From Octopus vulgaris (taxonomy: Eukaryota), in contig OX597826.1 of NCBI GenBank assembly GCA_951406725.2, positions 61,380,001-61,444,000 on the forward strand: 64,000 bases of DNA. The letters are read 5' to 3'. This document shows positions 1 to 13,639 of this stretch, one piece after another (position 1 is the first letter of the stretch; each line of letters starts with the position of its first letter). The notes below the pieces were generated by a model, which was not told where the DNA came from, did no database searches, and saw only the letters and a program-made list of their open reading frames with translations. The translations under genes were made by a program, and so were the position numbers.

Positions 1-32
<32 letters not shown>

Positions 33-662
33 TATATATTCGTAGATGACATCCCATCTGATGTTTACGAGTTGGTCTGTATAATTAACATGCATTATGG
101 TAGTTATTAATTAAAAGAATAGCAAGGTTGTTTCTTGTGGCAATTGAAGAAATTAATTAGTAGATGGAATTATTATTATTATTATTACATAATAATAATA
201 ATTATTAATATTATTATTATTAAACATGACCTAAATAGATTAAAAACAACAAACATTCATCACACAGAAATAAATATACAATCGAAAATATGTGATCTTG
301 TATATTTTCTTGACAGACATATCTATATATGCCTTGTTTTTTTCCTTCTTGTGTGTTTGCATGTACATATACTGATTATATATATGTATATATATAAATA
401 TATATATATATCAGGTTAATGTGTGAACAGATAAATGCTTTTGTAAATGCATATAAACATAACTTATTTATGTACGTACATATATATCGATATATATCTA
501 TATATATCGATATATATCCATATATATACACACAGATCAAACGAAATGACAGACGTAGATGTATACAAGTACATAGAGTCGTGTGCGAATTTGTGTGTAT
601 ACTGAAGCATTACGTACGCCTGCAATTAATATATATCATACAAATACTTATATATATATATA

Positions 663-693
<31 letters not shown>

Positions 694-876
694 CTATATA
701 TATATATATAACACAAATAGATATACATGCAGCTAAATATATGCTAACATGTACTACTATACATATATATATAGGGGTTGTAATATACGTACGTACGTAC
801 GTACATACATATATGTATGTACTATCCATAACTGTGTCGGAGCATGTATAAATATGGAATAATAATGTCCACCTAC

Positions 877-1001
877 CTTTTAGCATTAGCTTCTGCTCCG
901 AATAATTCATGGAAGGTAGAACTAAGAAGGTCTGCTTGAAGGAATGTGTGTATTTGATTACGTGTTTGTGGTAAGATTTGAACAGCTGCCGCCATCTTCA
1001 T
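877..1001 (-). CDS. Probable first coding exon of an unidentified gene continuing off the left edge (MKMAAAVQILPQTRNQIHTFLQADLLSSTFHELFGAEANAK, phase-2 end)
   Basis: ATG AAG ATG GCG (AAGATGGCGG start context), upstream in-frame TAG, 41 non-repetitive codons, then a strong donor AAG|GTAGGT at 877/876. Protein family not recognised. Confidence 0.55.
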
Positions 1002-1019
1002 TGAGCTGCTGCTGCTGCT

Positions 1020-1623
1020 ATTACTATTACTACTACTACTATCACTACTACTACTACTATAACTAATAAACTAAGCCACCACCACCACCGCCGCCACTAC
1101 TATTACTATTACTACTGCTGCTTCTGCTACTACTACTACTATAAATACTGCTACCACTCCACTACTGTCTTGGCTTGATGTTACTACTACTACTACTACT
1201 ACTACAAATACTGTTGCTGCTACTACTACTATGATTAGTAGTATTTGTTACTCGGTTGGTGCTTGCTAGTAGAATTGGTGTGTGTGAGTGTGTGTTGTAG
1301 TAGTAACATTATGGAGATCAGAGGGAAGGGGCCAGGGGAGAATACTGTTGTAGTTATATAGTGTATGTTGAATGATGACAATAGTGGTAGTATATATAGC
1401 AGAAACGTGTGTATGTATATTGCATGCACGCATTTATACATGTCTGTATATTTATTATTATTTATTATTATTAATCCTAGTTTTCTATTGTCTGTTCGAC
1501 CCTTGTGGCCAATAAAAAAATTATCATTATTATTATTATTATTATTATTTATTTATTATTATTTATATTAACCAATACTCTTATTTTGTTGCGTTATCTA
1601 TACACGTTCAGTAGCATGAGTGT

Positions 1624-1669
<46 letters not shown>

Positions 1670-1996
1670 GTTTCTTTATTAGCCACACAGGGCTGCACAT
1701 AGACAGGACAAATTACAAGATAGATAGATAGATAGATAGATAGATATATAGGGCGTATGCATAGGTGTGTGTGTGTGTATGTATTATTTGTGCATATATG
1801 AAAGAGGAGGCGAGGCAGCATCTTGTATTTAGACCGAGAGGGAGAGATAGACAGACACAGAGAGAGATATTTATAGGATGGTGAGAATAGGGTTAAAAAT
1901 GGTGCTAGACAAATAGATAGATGCAAGAGAGTGAGGGAGTGTACTACTACTGATCGATAATTAGAGAAGGGTAGAAAGACAGCTTGGTATATAAGG

Positions 1997-2095
<99 letters not shown>

Positions 2096-2232
2096 CAGAT
2101 AGATTTACGGTGAATGACCTCACTAGATAAACTGTGGTGGGGTAGGTGAAAGCGAAAATAGATAGACACAAAGACGTATTAGAGGGAAAGGTGGAGGTGA
2201 CAGATAGATCGAGAGATGGTGATGGATTACGG

Positions 2233-2270
<38 letters not shown>

Positions 2271-2392
2271 GAACGCAGGAGGTAGATAAAAAGCTAGTTC
2301 TTTTATTATAGTACCATTCACATCTAGGATGCTTTATAACAATAATAAATCGAATGCAGCACTTGGCTAGTATTAAGATGCACTGAGTGGAT

Positions 2393-2424
<32 letters not shown>

Positions 2425-2465
2425 GTTTCTTTATTGGCCACACAGGGCTGCACACAGATGGGACA

Positions 2466-2537
<72 letters not shown>

Positions 2538-2887
2538 GGAGAGAGAGAGAGAGAGATTAGACAAAAAGGAATTATTCGTAGGGTGTAAGGTAAGCAAACA
2601 TAATCATGGTCATGGTGGTGGTGGTGGTGGTGGTGTGGTGGTTTATTCCTTTGACTACGAACAGCAGGGTTGCCAAACATTTCGTCTACGATTAAATAAA
2701 TGAATTGAAGAAAACAACATATCGTGCTAAAAACAGCAGCAGCAGTAGCAACAGTAGTAGTAGTAGTAGTAGTAGTAGTTCCACCACAGTGATTACTATC
2801 TTGTTATTGTGACTGTATGATGAAGTGTATGATGATGATGAGGAGGAGGAGGAGATTATTATTATTATTACTATTATTATTATTGTT

Positions 2888-2932
<45 letters not shown>

Positions 2933-3135
2933 TGTTTTTATTTCCTTCGGGTTGTGCTCGTTGACAAGCAGGAAAATGAAGTCATCCATCGTGAATGAAG
3001 GCTGCTGGGTAATAATAATATTTATGACGACGACGACGACGACGACGATGTCGACGACAATGATGAAAATGACAACGACGACGATGATGATGATGGTGGT
3101 GGTGGTGGTGGTGGTGATGGTGGTAGAGGTGGTTA
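1020..3135. repeat. Compound microsatellite field: (TAC)n, (GATA)n, (ATT)n, (GGT)n, (GAC/GAT)n
   Basis: Direct inspection; explains the SIYL, poly-L and poly-N ORFs. Confidence 0.95.
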
Positions 3136-3510
3136 CTTAGGCATCATTTTTTTTTTTTTTTGTGAAATGACATGTAGTGATTGAGCCGACAGCCCCCCGC
3201 CCCCAGATGTTGAAGTAGCAATAATTATTATGAGCGTTGGGAGAGCAAATGCTGCTCTACGGCATTTGTTCCAGCTCAAATTTGTTCCAGTCTGAGTTCA
3301 AATCCTGCCAAGGTCGACTTTGCCTTTCATCCTTTCTGGGTCGATAAAAATAAGGACCAGTCAAGCGCTGAAGTCGATGCAATCGACTTCTCTCTCCATC
3401 TTTAAAAAACTGTTGGGCCTGCGCCAAAATTTGTAATCATTTTTACCATTTCTTTTATTTTGCTAGGAGGGCGACAGTCGAGATAAAATTACAATGAGGT
3501 TTGTAAAACG

Positions 3511-3758
3511 ATCGGTTGTCAAGCAATGCTAGGGGTACAAACACAGACACACAAACACATACACATACATACATATACATATATATACATATATACGACA
3601 GGCTTCTTTCAGTTTCCGTCGACCAAATCCACTCACAAGGCTTTGGTCGGCCCGAGGCTGTAGCAGAAGACACTTGCCCAAGATGCCACGCAGTGGGACT
3701 GAACCTGGAACCATGTGGTTGGTTAGCAAGCTACTTACCACACAGCCACTCCTGCGCC
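3511..3758 (-). mobile_element. SINE family B (tRNA-like head, CORE-like CTTGGGCAAGTGTCTT, internal TA/CA microsatellite), partial
   Basis: Reverse complement of GGCGCAGGAGTGGCTGTGTGGTAAGTAGC...GGTTCAGTCCC; same family at 9353, 10149, 17908, 23091, 34615, 39385, 47558, 54447, 57463. Confidence 0.85.
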
Positions 3759-3770
3759 TATATATATATA

Positions 3771-5380
3771 CTCTTCTTTTACTCTTTTACGTGTTTCAGT
3801 CATTTGACTGTGGCCATGCTGGAGCACCACCTTTAGTCGAGCAAATCGACCCCAGGACTTACTCTTTGCCGAACTACTAAGTTACGGGGACGTAAACACA
3901 CCAGCATCGGTTGTCAAGCGATGTTGGGGAGAGGAACAAACACAGACACACAAACACACAGACACACATATTTGATAAAGTTGGTAAAGCCTTTGATAAA
4001 CATATACACACACACACATATATTTGATAAAGTCGACCATGGTATGATCTGTTACAAACTGCGTGATCTCGGCATAGGCGGAAAACTTGGAGAGTGGCTG
4101 CACAACTTCCTAAAAGATAGAAGGCAGGGAGTGGTGGCCAATGGAGCCACCTCCAAGGAAACATAAATAACAAATGGTGTTCCACAGGGCACTGTCTTGG
4201 GGCCACTGCTGTTCATAGTGGCCGTTTCAGACATGCCCTCAGTTGCTAAGATGGCCACCCTTGCTAGCTATGCAGATGACACAAAGGTCTCTCAGACAAT
4301 ACGAAACCCTGGAAATATTGCACATCTGCAACGGGAGTTGGATACAATATACAGGTGGGCTGAGGACAGGCCCTGCACTACCGGCACACAAAGGTGAACG
4401 ACATGCAGACCGGATACACTGGCCCGGGAAGAATTGCAATTCTTGAATCAAAATCAGTGCGTGACTTGGGCATTGACATGAGCAATGATGCATCTTTCCA
4501 AGTGCATATTGCTAATTTGGTAATAAAATGTAGACGGCTAGCAGGATGGATCCTCCGAACTTTCAGAACGAGAGAGAAGGAGACACTGATGGTCCTTTGG
4601 AAGACATTCGTCCACAGCCGCTTGGACTACTGCTCCCAACTATGGTCACTACACAATATAAAGTTAACAGCAGAACTCGAAGCAATCCAGCGAAGCTACA
4701 CTAAGAATATCGTCTCAATGCAACATATCAGCTACTGGGAAAGACTGAATGTATTAAAACTCTTCTCCCTGGAGCGAAGACAGGAAAGATATGCAGTGAT
4801 ATACATCTGGAGAATCCTGGAGAGTCTTGTTCCGAATTTTGGCATTGAAAGTTACCCCCAACAGCAGAACGGGGCGCCACTGCATGGTGCCAAATATCCC
4901 AACATCACCATCAAAATACAGGACCAGATACTGCAACAGCTTGAGTTTCAAGGGACCATAGTTCTTCAATATCCTTCCTAAATGCCTCAGAGACCTGCAT
5001 GGTGTGAATGTGGGTTTCTTTAAAACTAAACTGGATCTCTTCTTGTAAAGGGTTCCAGATGAACCTACCTCTCGGCAGGAAATACAGATGCGGGCAGCGG
5101 CGTCGAACTCCCTTGCTAACCAAGTGCCACGTATCAGAAGTCCATTCAACGGTGGTGCCCCAGCATGACCGCAGCTTTCGGGCTGAAACATTTTTAAGGA
5201 TTTAAGGATATATATATATATACACATATATACCACGGGCTTCTTTCAGTTTCCGACAACCAAATCCACTCACAAGGGTTTGTTCAGCCCGAGGCTATAG
5301 TAGAAGACGCTTGCCCAAGGTGCCACGCAGTGGGACTGAACCCGGAACCATGTGGTTCGTAAGCAAGCTACTTACCACAC
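3771..5380 (-). mobile_element. SINE family B split into tail (3771-3970) and head (~5210-5380) by a LINE inserted in its internal microsatellite
   Basis: The tail and head halves are colinear with the family consensus and flank the LINE fragment. Confidence 0.8.
3990..5208 (+). mobile_element. 5'-truncated, degenerate CR1/L2-group LINE (RT C-terminal half plus 3' tail)
   Basis: FDKVDHG...WLHNFL, NGVPQGTVLGPLLF, YADDTK, LDYCSQLWS, SLERRQERY; stop codon and frameshifts; ends in (TTTAAGGA)2. Confidence 0.9.
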
Positions 5381-5385
5381 GTGCG

Positions 5386-5424
<39 letters not shown>

Positions 5425-5593
5425 TTGTGCATAACTCGAATACAGCCGAGGTTAGCAATTTTGGGAAGTTGCTCAAAATCTCCAGCTTGAAAGTCCTTCG
5501 GGATACACTTCTTCGTTAATCTTCGTCGACGCCCAAAATATCCCGAAACAAAATCTGTTTTGCCCCCGACACAACTCTTAATACAAAGTAATG

Positions 5594-5814
5594 TATTTCA
5601 CTACTGCCCACAAGGGGCTAAACACAGAGGGGACAAACGGATTATGTCGATTACATCGACCCCAGTGCGTAAACTGGTACTTAATTTATCGACCCCGAAA
5701 GGATGAAAGGCAAAGTCGACCTCGGCGGAATTTGAACTCAGAACGTAGCGGCAGACGAAATACGGCTACGCATTTCGCCCGGCGTGCTAACGAGCCTGCC
5801 AGCTCGCCGCCTTG
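5594..5814 (-). mobile_element. SINE family A (tRNA-like head with GAGTTCAAATTCC B-box; Meta-domain-like GCCTTTCATCCTTTCGGGGTCGATAAA..AGTACCAG) with 19-bp TSD
   Basis: TSD CTCTTAATA(C/G)AAAGTAATG at 5575-5593 and 5815-5833; other copies at 6762-6980, 12436-12668, 25027-25806, 52608-53021. Confidence 0.85.
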
Positions 5815-6761
5815 CTCTTAATAGAAAGTAATGGTTGATGTACCACTAGCCATGTTGCCCGACTGATTCTAAGCATTGACACATCCTATACTGAGGAAAG
5901 CCATGGTCGACAGAAGGAAGAAAATTTCAAGGATATCGTACTTCATATTAATGTTGAGGATGGACAACAGATGCCCAGTCCCTCCAATTAGATGTGGAGG
6001 TTTCTATAAGCAGCTCCTTATAAAATATTTTGTATATTCCCTTCTGAAATCTACTGCTCTTTCGGCATATTTGTTTTGTTGGGTTTTTTTTTCTTTTTTT
6101 TTTCATGTTGTTGTTTAGATGATTTTTATGTGTTGGCATGTTATTTGTTGGTGCAATGAAATCGCTCTGAATAATGTCTGTGCGTGCTAATGTGTTTCAT
6201 TCTTTGATGATGATGTTGACGATAACGATGACGATGACAGCGACGACGATGACGATTACGATGATAACAACGATGTCGACGAGGAAGATGCTCGAAAGAG
6301 GTGGTTGGTAATGCATGGGATGATACTGTTAGTGTTTCACCAGTTCGACTCTGACTGAACAAGCGAACCTATGATCAAAGGTTTTCCAGCCATAAACAAT
6401 CTGCTTATTTTATTCTAGACTACACTAACCACTTCTGAGACAGTATGACCTTATTCATGCAAAGCTGCTTGAATGATCCGATGTAGTCTGTTCATGTCTA
6501 CATTGGCACATTCAAGAAATTCATTCTGTAATTGTTAGACAGTGAGAAACGTCTGAGCAAGTTTGCAAGACTTTTGCGTTCCCTTCTAATAAGCTATTCC
6601 CACATGATCCGAACATGTATCCAAATTACCATTCTAACCCTCCTGCTAGCACTAAGAAGTGTGGAGTTCTTAGGAAACACTCCAAACACCTATAGAAATC
6701 TAGTCGCCCGGCCTCTGTTGGTCCTGTGAACAGCTATGCATTGGCAGGTATGGCCTTCGCA

Positions 6762-6980
6762 AAGGCGACGAGCTGGCAGAATCGTTAGCACGCCGGGTGA
6801 AATGCGTAGCCGTATTTCGTCTGCCGTTACGTTCTGAGTTCAAATTCCACCGAGGTCCACTTTGCCTTTCATCCTTTCGGGGTCGATTAAATAAGTACCA
6901 GTTGCGCACTGGGGTCGATATAATCGACTTAATCCGTTTGTCCCCTCTGTGTTTAGCCCCTTGTGGGTAGTAAAGAAATA
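6762..6980 (+). mobile_element. SINE family A
   Basis: GGCGACGAGCTGGCAGAATCGTTAGC...CCCCTTGTGGGTAGTAAAGAAATA. Confidence 0.85.
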
Positions 6981-7845
6981 GATATGGTCTTCGCAGCTGA
7001 TCACATTCAGCTCATCTTTTGGATTCAAGGCAATGATCCGGCAATGACAAACCCGGTAGAATCGTTAGTACGTCGTACAAAATGCCCAGCGGCATTTCTT
7101 CCAGCTCTTTATGATCTGAATTTAAATCCCGCCATGTTCAACTTCATCTTTTATCCACTTTGGGTTCAAGTACTAACGTCTATATAATCGACTCGTGTCC
7201 TCCGTTCAAAATTGCTGGCAACGAACCAGCATCGTGTTCAGGAGAGTGTTGTGATTTTGCTATGGGACCTAAGGCCCAAGAAGAAAAAAATATACAAACC
7301 GGGTTTGGTCACTTAATTAGAGTTATTGACCTGAGCCATCATCTTTCACCTTCCCTGACTTGTTTTACCGTTGTGAGACTAGGAGAATGTCCGGGGCCCT
7401 AAGGAGCCACTTGAGCTTCTTTTGGTAGCAAGATCCTTCGTAGGTTTATGGGCTACCACATTGGTCAAGTTTCGTATCCAACCAACGACTATACTTATAA
7501 ACTGGGCACAACTTTACCATAATACTCATTTTTGCTAGCTGAGTGGACTAAAGCAACGTGAACTAAAGTGTTTTGCTCAAGAACACAAGACATCCCCTGG
7601 CCTAGAAATTGAAATCACAATCTTACGATCATGTGTGTAGCAGCTTAACCGTTAGGCCATACACTTCAGCAGCTTCCTTATGCTGCAGCTGAATTGACCG
7701 TCTCTGGCTACGTGAGACTTTAGCACAAAAACGTTTCGGTGCCGCCTATTTGGCATCACTAATTCGGCACCGACTTATTGGACAACGGACGTTCTAACGT
7801 TCTTTGTCTCTGTCTGTTTGCCTGTCCCCACCTCCTTTCTATCTG

Positions 7846-7938
<93 letters not shown>

Positions 7939-8842
7939 GAGAGCATCTAGTTATGTTGGTATATATGTGTAATGTCTCCCTCAACCTTCATCACTCCCTT
8001 CCTGTCTGTCTGTCTGTCTACCTGTGTTTATGTATGTGAGCATCTAGTCATAATGGTACGTATATGTAATTTCTTTCTGTCTCTCTCTCACTTTTCCCCC
8101 TCTCTCTCTCTCTTTCTATCTCTCCCTCTCCTTCTCTTTCTTTCTCTCAATGTTTATATGTATGCGTAATGATACTCTCTCTTTCTGTCACACTTTAACA
8201 GTAAGTATATATTTTTGCGCGTGTGCGTACTTGGATATTCGTGTGTATATGCGAGTGTGTGTGTGTAATGTGTGCGTGCATGAGTGTGTGTGTGTGTGTA
8301 CGTGTATGTTCGCGTGTGTATGTGTGTATGTATGTATGTGTGCGTGCTTGGGGTTGTGTGCGCGGAGTTATATATGTGTAGTGGATTTTGCAAGCATGAA
8401 GTGGATTCGATCCACCATAGCCAAATTTTAAATTAACACTGCAGCAGAACTTTTCCCACGATGGAACAATGGCTTTTCTCTGACAGCAGTTTTACATTTC
8501 CCAGATGCCTTTAGCTAGGCCGGAATAATGTCTTCACCACTTGAACCTTTCTAACCTCTTCTACTTCACCAAAAGCTAGAATAGGGATAACAAGACCACC
8601 AACTAAATCTATTGTTCTCAATGACATATCCATCCTTCTTGATCTTTATATAAGCAAGTACACCCCAAGCAAAAATCAGTTAGTCACAGTCGGTGATGAC
8701 TCAACGAGGGAGGTCTGGCTGACCAACCTTGGTCAGAGGGAGAAATGAAGTTTACTGTCAGCAACTGTGAGACAACGTCCCACACTCTACAATTCTCACT
8801 AGCTCTAATTCTGTTCTCTTACAACATTCTATTTCTCTCAGT

Positions 8843-9070
8843 GGATCTTTTCATTTTGAAGGCCAGATTTTCCTAGTTAACTAAAAAATTTGAAACTTCG
8901 TATACTGGTAGAATGTGTCAAAAGAAAACATTACTGTAAACAAAATTGAAAACAAAATTGTAATTCGTAACTTAAACGTAGTTTAATTTTACGAATTTTA
9001 ACCAATGAAATCGCAGCATTCGAGCTCAAATTATTTACTGCGTCTAAAAACTCACACGCACACGTCTTAT
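8843..9070 (+). mobile_element. Terminal fragment of the GGATCTTTTC Merlin-like MITE family
   Basis: GGATCTTTTCATTTTGAAGG...AAACTTCGTATACTGGTAGAATGTG; near-identical reverse copy at ~16270-16455. Confidence 0.65.
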
Positions 9071-9352
9071 TCAGTAAGTACTACTACTAAACAATGAAGA
9101 GGGCACAAACACAAACTTTACTTCGCATGCTTTTGGATTTATCATAACCTGCTCGTCAAGGCAAGGTATTTGTAACGTAACGGTAAATAAATACTTTCTT
9201 AAAACTTCATGCATTGTTCATCTTTCTCATCCTACAGTATGCAATAATAACAACAAAAATATTTATCGTCACAACTGCTGACTCCAATACTCCATCATAA
9301 TTATTGTGTACCTAATCAATCTTACCCGTTACAAATGATAACTACACTAATA

Positions 9353-9725
9353 GGCGCAGGAGTGGCTGTGTGGTAAGTAGCTTGTTTACCAACCACATGG
9401 TTCCGGGTTGAGCAAGTGTCTTCTACTATAGCAAGTGTCATCTACTATAGCCTCGGGCCGACCAAAGCCTTGTGAGTGGATTTGGTAGACGGAAACTGAA
9501 AGAAGTCCGTCGTATATATATATATGCGTGTGTGTGTTTGTCCCCCTAGCATTGCTTGACAACCGATGCTGGTGTGTTTATGTCCCCGTTACTTAGCGGT
9601 TCGGCAAAAGAGACCGATAGAATAAGTACTGGGCTTACAAAAGAATAAGTCCCGGGGTCGAGTTGCTCGATTAAAGGCGGTGCTCCAGCATGGCCGCAGT
9701 CAAATGACTGTAAAAGAGTAATAAA
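9353..9725 (+). mobile_element. SINE family B, near full length
   Basis: Head GGCGCAGGAGTGG, tail GGCGGTGCTCCAGCATGGCCGCAGTCAAATGACTG. Confidence 0.88.
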
Positions 9726-10529
9726 GATTACCCGTTACATATGCTTTCCTCTGTGTGTGTGTGTGTGTGTGTGCGTGTGTGTGTGTGTGCTTGTGTGTGC
9801 GTTTGCGTGCATGTGTGTATGCCAATGTATGTGTAATTGTGTGATGTATGTATGAGTGTGTGTTATGTGTATGTGGGAGGTGTTAGTTGTTCATTGCATG
9901 TACGTGTGTGTATGTATGCGCGTGTGTATATGTGTGTGTGCGGTTGCGTGTGTATATGTGTGTGTGCGGTTGCGTGTGTATATGTTTGTGTGCGTGTGTA
10001 TACGTGAGTGTACGTGTGTGCGTGCGGTTTTATATGTGGAGGTATATGTGCGTGTGTGTGTGCGCATATATATATGTGTGTATGTATGTATGTATGTATG
10101 TATGTATGTATGTATGTATGTATGTATGTGTGTGTGTGTGTGTATTATAGGCGTAAGCGTGGCGGTATGGTAGGAAGTTTGCTTTCCAATCACTTGATTC
10201 CAGTTTCTGTCCCACTGCGTGGCACCTTGAGTAAGTGTCATCTACTATAGCCTCGGGCCGACCAGAGCTTTGCGAGTGGACTTGGTAGATAGAAACTGAA
10301 AGAAGCCCATCGCATATATGTATATATCTAAGTGTGTGTGTGTTTGTTTGTCTGTGTTTGTGTTTGTCTTTCCGCTCACCACTTGACAACCGGCGTTGGT
10401 GTGCTTACGTTCCCGTAACTTAGCGGTTCGGCCGACTGGGATCGATTTGTTCGACTAAAACCCCTCAAGGAGATGCTCCAGCACGGTCGCAGTCAAATGA
10501 CTGAAACAAGTGAAAGATAAAAGGTATAT

Positions 10530-10700
10530 GTACAATATGCATGCATGTATGTATGTATGTATGTATGTATGTATGTATGTATGTATGTATGTATGTATGT
10601 ATGTATGCATGCATGTATGTATGTATGTATGTATGTATGTACGTATGTATGTATGTATTATGTATTATGTATGTATGTATGTATGTATGTATGTATAATG

Positions 10701-10734
<34 letters not shown>

Positions 10735-11521
10735 TTATGTATGTATGTATGTATTATGTATGTATATATGTACGTATGTATTATGTATGTATGTATTATG
10801 TATGTATGTATGTATGTATGTATGTATTATGTATGTATGTATGTATTATGTATGTATATATGTACGTATGTATGTATGTATGTATGTATTATGTATGTAT
10901 GTGTGTGTGTGTGTGTGCGTGTGTATGTGAGTGTAAAGTGGTCGTCTTATGCAGTCTGCCCATACCGTATGATCCACGCTTAGCCACAGTTCATAAGGCG
11001 TTGATCATCTCCAGATAAGAGAAGAAGACACTTGCCCAAGACACCGCATCGTAAGAAAGAACGTAAGCAAAATTAAATGCCTTAAAAATAAAAAGGTATT
11101 TGCAATGACGAAACTTCCCATAAGCATGTCTGCTCTCCATAAAATATTTTTTCCAGCGGACAGTGACGACAGCGAAGACGATGATAATGATGCTGTTGTC
11201 GGTAGCGGTGCTGGTTGTACTGTTAATAGATATGGCGGTAGAGGTGGTTTTGTGGAATACATACATAATACATACATACATGATACATATATACACACAT
11301 ACATACATACATATATACATACATATATATATACATACATACATGCATACATAATACATACATACATACATAATACATACATACATACATACATACAAAC
11401 ATACATACATATATACATACATACATACATATATACATAATACATACATAATACATATATACATACATATATACATACATACATACATATATACATACAT
11501 ACATACATACATAATACATAT

Positions 11522-11552
<31 letters not shown>

Positions 11553-11615
11553 CATACATACATAATACACACATACATACATATATACATACATACATAC
11601 ATAATACATGCATAC
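10530..11615. repeat. (TATG)n array (10530-10920) and oppositely oriented (CATA)n array (11260-11615)
   Basis: Direct inspection. Confidence 0.9.
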
Positions 11616-12138
11616 ATGGTTGTGCTATTGTCGTAGTGCTGCTGGTAGTGGTATTGGTTTTAATGGTAGTTGTTGGGGCAGCATTTGTGGTGCTTGTGGT
11701 GGTGATGGTAGCGGGCAATGATTGAGATGTTACAGGCGTTGTTTGTTGTTGTTAAGCAACAAGAATGAGTAAGGGTGATTAGGTGATGGTCTAGGGCTTA
11801 GGGGGCGGGAAACCCCAGACCTTGGGAAAAAAAAAAAAAAAACTTTGGTCGTCTTGTTGTAGTCGAGGGCTCTTTGTTGACGCCCGACAGCACTGGGAGG
11901 TGGCCCTCGGAGTCGCTGGAAATGGAGATCTCCAGGTCCAAATTCTTGAACGGTGGCGTTGTTTGTGAAGCTGGTGGTTGTGGAGCTAAATTCCATGGTT
12001 TAAGATAGTTAGAAGGTAAAGGGAGACAACTAATGACTGAAATGCATTTTTAAAAAATTTTGTCCGTCAAAAACTCTGACACCAAACAAGCACGATCTTT
12101 TAGAAATAGCAGCCATATCACCCTTAAATCTCTATCTA

Positions 12139-12320
12139 CTATCTTGAAATTGGTTCAAGGACCGTTGCATGACGTTTGTAAAGGGTCCATGTCTCACGTG
12201 AATAAAGGAGCGATGTCAGTACACATGCACGGTACACAGCAATTCTTGTTTGCTTTGTGATGCCTTGCTGAGACCAGACACAAGACTGAAGAGACCGGAA
12301 GGAATCAGTTGCTCTAAGCA
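12139..12320 (-). mobile_element. RTE LINE fragment
   Basis: GITKQTRIAVYRACVLTSLLYSRETWTLY, a typical RTE post-RT motif. Confidence 0.75.
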
Positions 12321-13639
12321 CCGATAGAATAAGTACTAGGTTTAGAAATACGTCCTGGGGTCGATTTGTTCGACTAAATTCTATATTCCTGGATATCGTT
12401 TAAAAAAAAACATGTTTGTTTTGACTGAACGCCTTCGGCGGCGAGCTGGCAGAATCGTTAGCACGCCGGGCGAAATGTTTAGCTGTATTTCGTCTGCCGC
12501 GACGTTATGAGTTCAAATTTCGCCGAGGTCGACTTTGCCTTTCATCCTTTCGAGGTCGATAAATAAAGTAGAAGTTTCGCACTGGGGTCGATGTAATCGA
12601 CTTAATCCCTTTGTCTATCCTTGTTTGTCCCTTCTATGTTTAGCCCCTTGTGGGCAATAAAGAAATATATCGTTGTTGCCTCTTCCATAATTGTTGTTAT
12701 TATCGTTATGGCCATCGCCGTTACACTCTAAATTAATGCTATTCGAGTAAAAAGAACTACAATCAAATATTTTGCAGGCATGATCATATTTGGTTTCTTT
12801 GTTGGTTGATTTATTTCCTTAAAATTTGAGACTGACTTAACTGCTATTTCTTACAGCTTGAGCTATTACGTAGAAGCCGTTGTTGTTGGTTAGCCTTAGG
12901 TCAACATTAATCTAGCTGACGTATAGCGGAAGGTATGACAGGCTTGAGTATCCTGTTCTTTTATCAATGTGTTGGTCAACATGCCCATTTCTTATTTAAG
13001 ATCTAGCCAGAGACAGACCTGACCGCTGTTCCTCGAAGAAAGAGCTATCGTAGGAGGAGGCTATTTTGATGGCTGGACAGAAGTTACTTGATGTTGTTAT
13101 TGCTGTTTTTACTTTTGAGACAGACCTATACAATTGAATCTTGTCTATACAATAATGGAGATGCATCTATACAAATTTATGTCACAAATGGTTTTAAACA
13201 GCGTTGTGTCTCAGCGTCTACTATTTTTTAGCAATCCGTTTTCTGCCATATTACAAGTGGCTTTCATAACACCTTCACCTTGAATTGACATCATCAACGC
13301 AGTTTGCAAGCAAAAGCTTACGCATCTTAAGTGTCTGCGAAAGGCTGTCTGCATATGATGAAGAATTGCATGCGCTAGATGTGTCCGGGATGCAAGGATG
13401 TATCAATCGATTTTCAAAGGCCTGCAGTAACGTTGGCCTAATTATCAGCACTGGAAAAAACCCAGAAGTACATCAACCTGTGTGCCTTGGAACAAAAAAT
13501 AACTGTGAGTGAACTGAGAGGCGTTGACAATTTTTGAATGTCTTAGAAGTACGCTGTCTTCAAATACTTGCATCACGTAATGGCAGGGTTTCGAGTGTAG
13601 CTTTTAGAAAACTGCGGCATAGAGTGTGGTACAGTTCAG

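Noticed and set aside
2804-3010. MDDFIFLLVNEHNPKE poly-N ORF
   Set aside because: Short island between microsatellites without convincing splice sites
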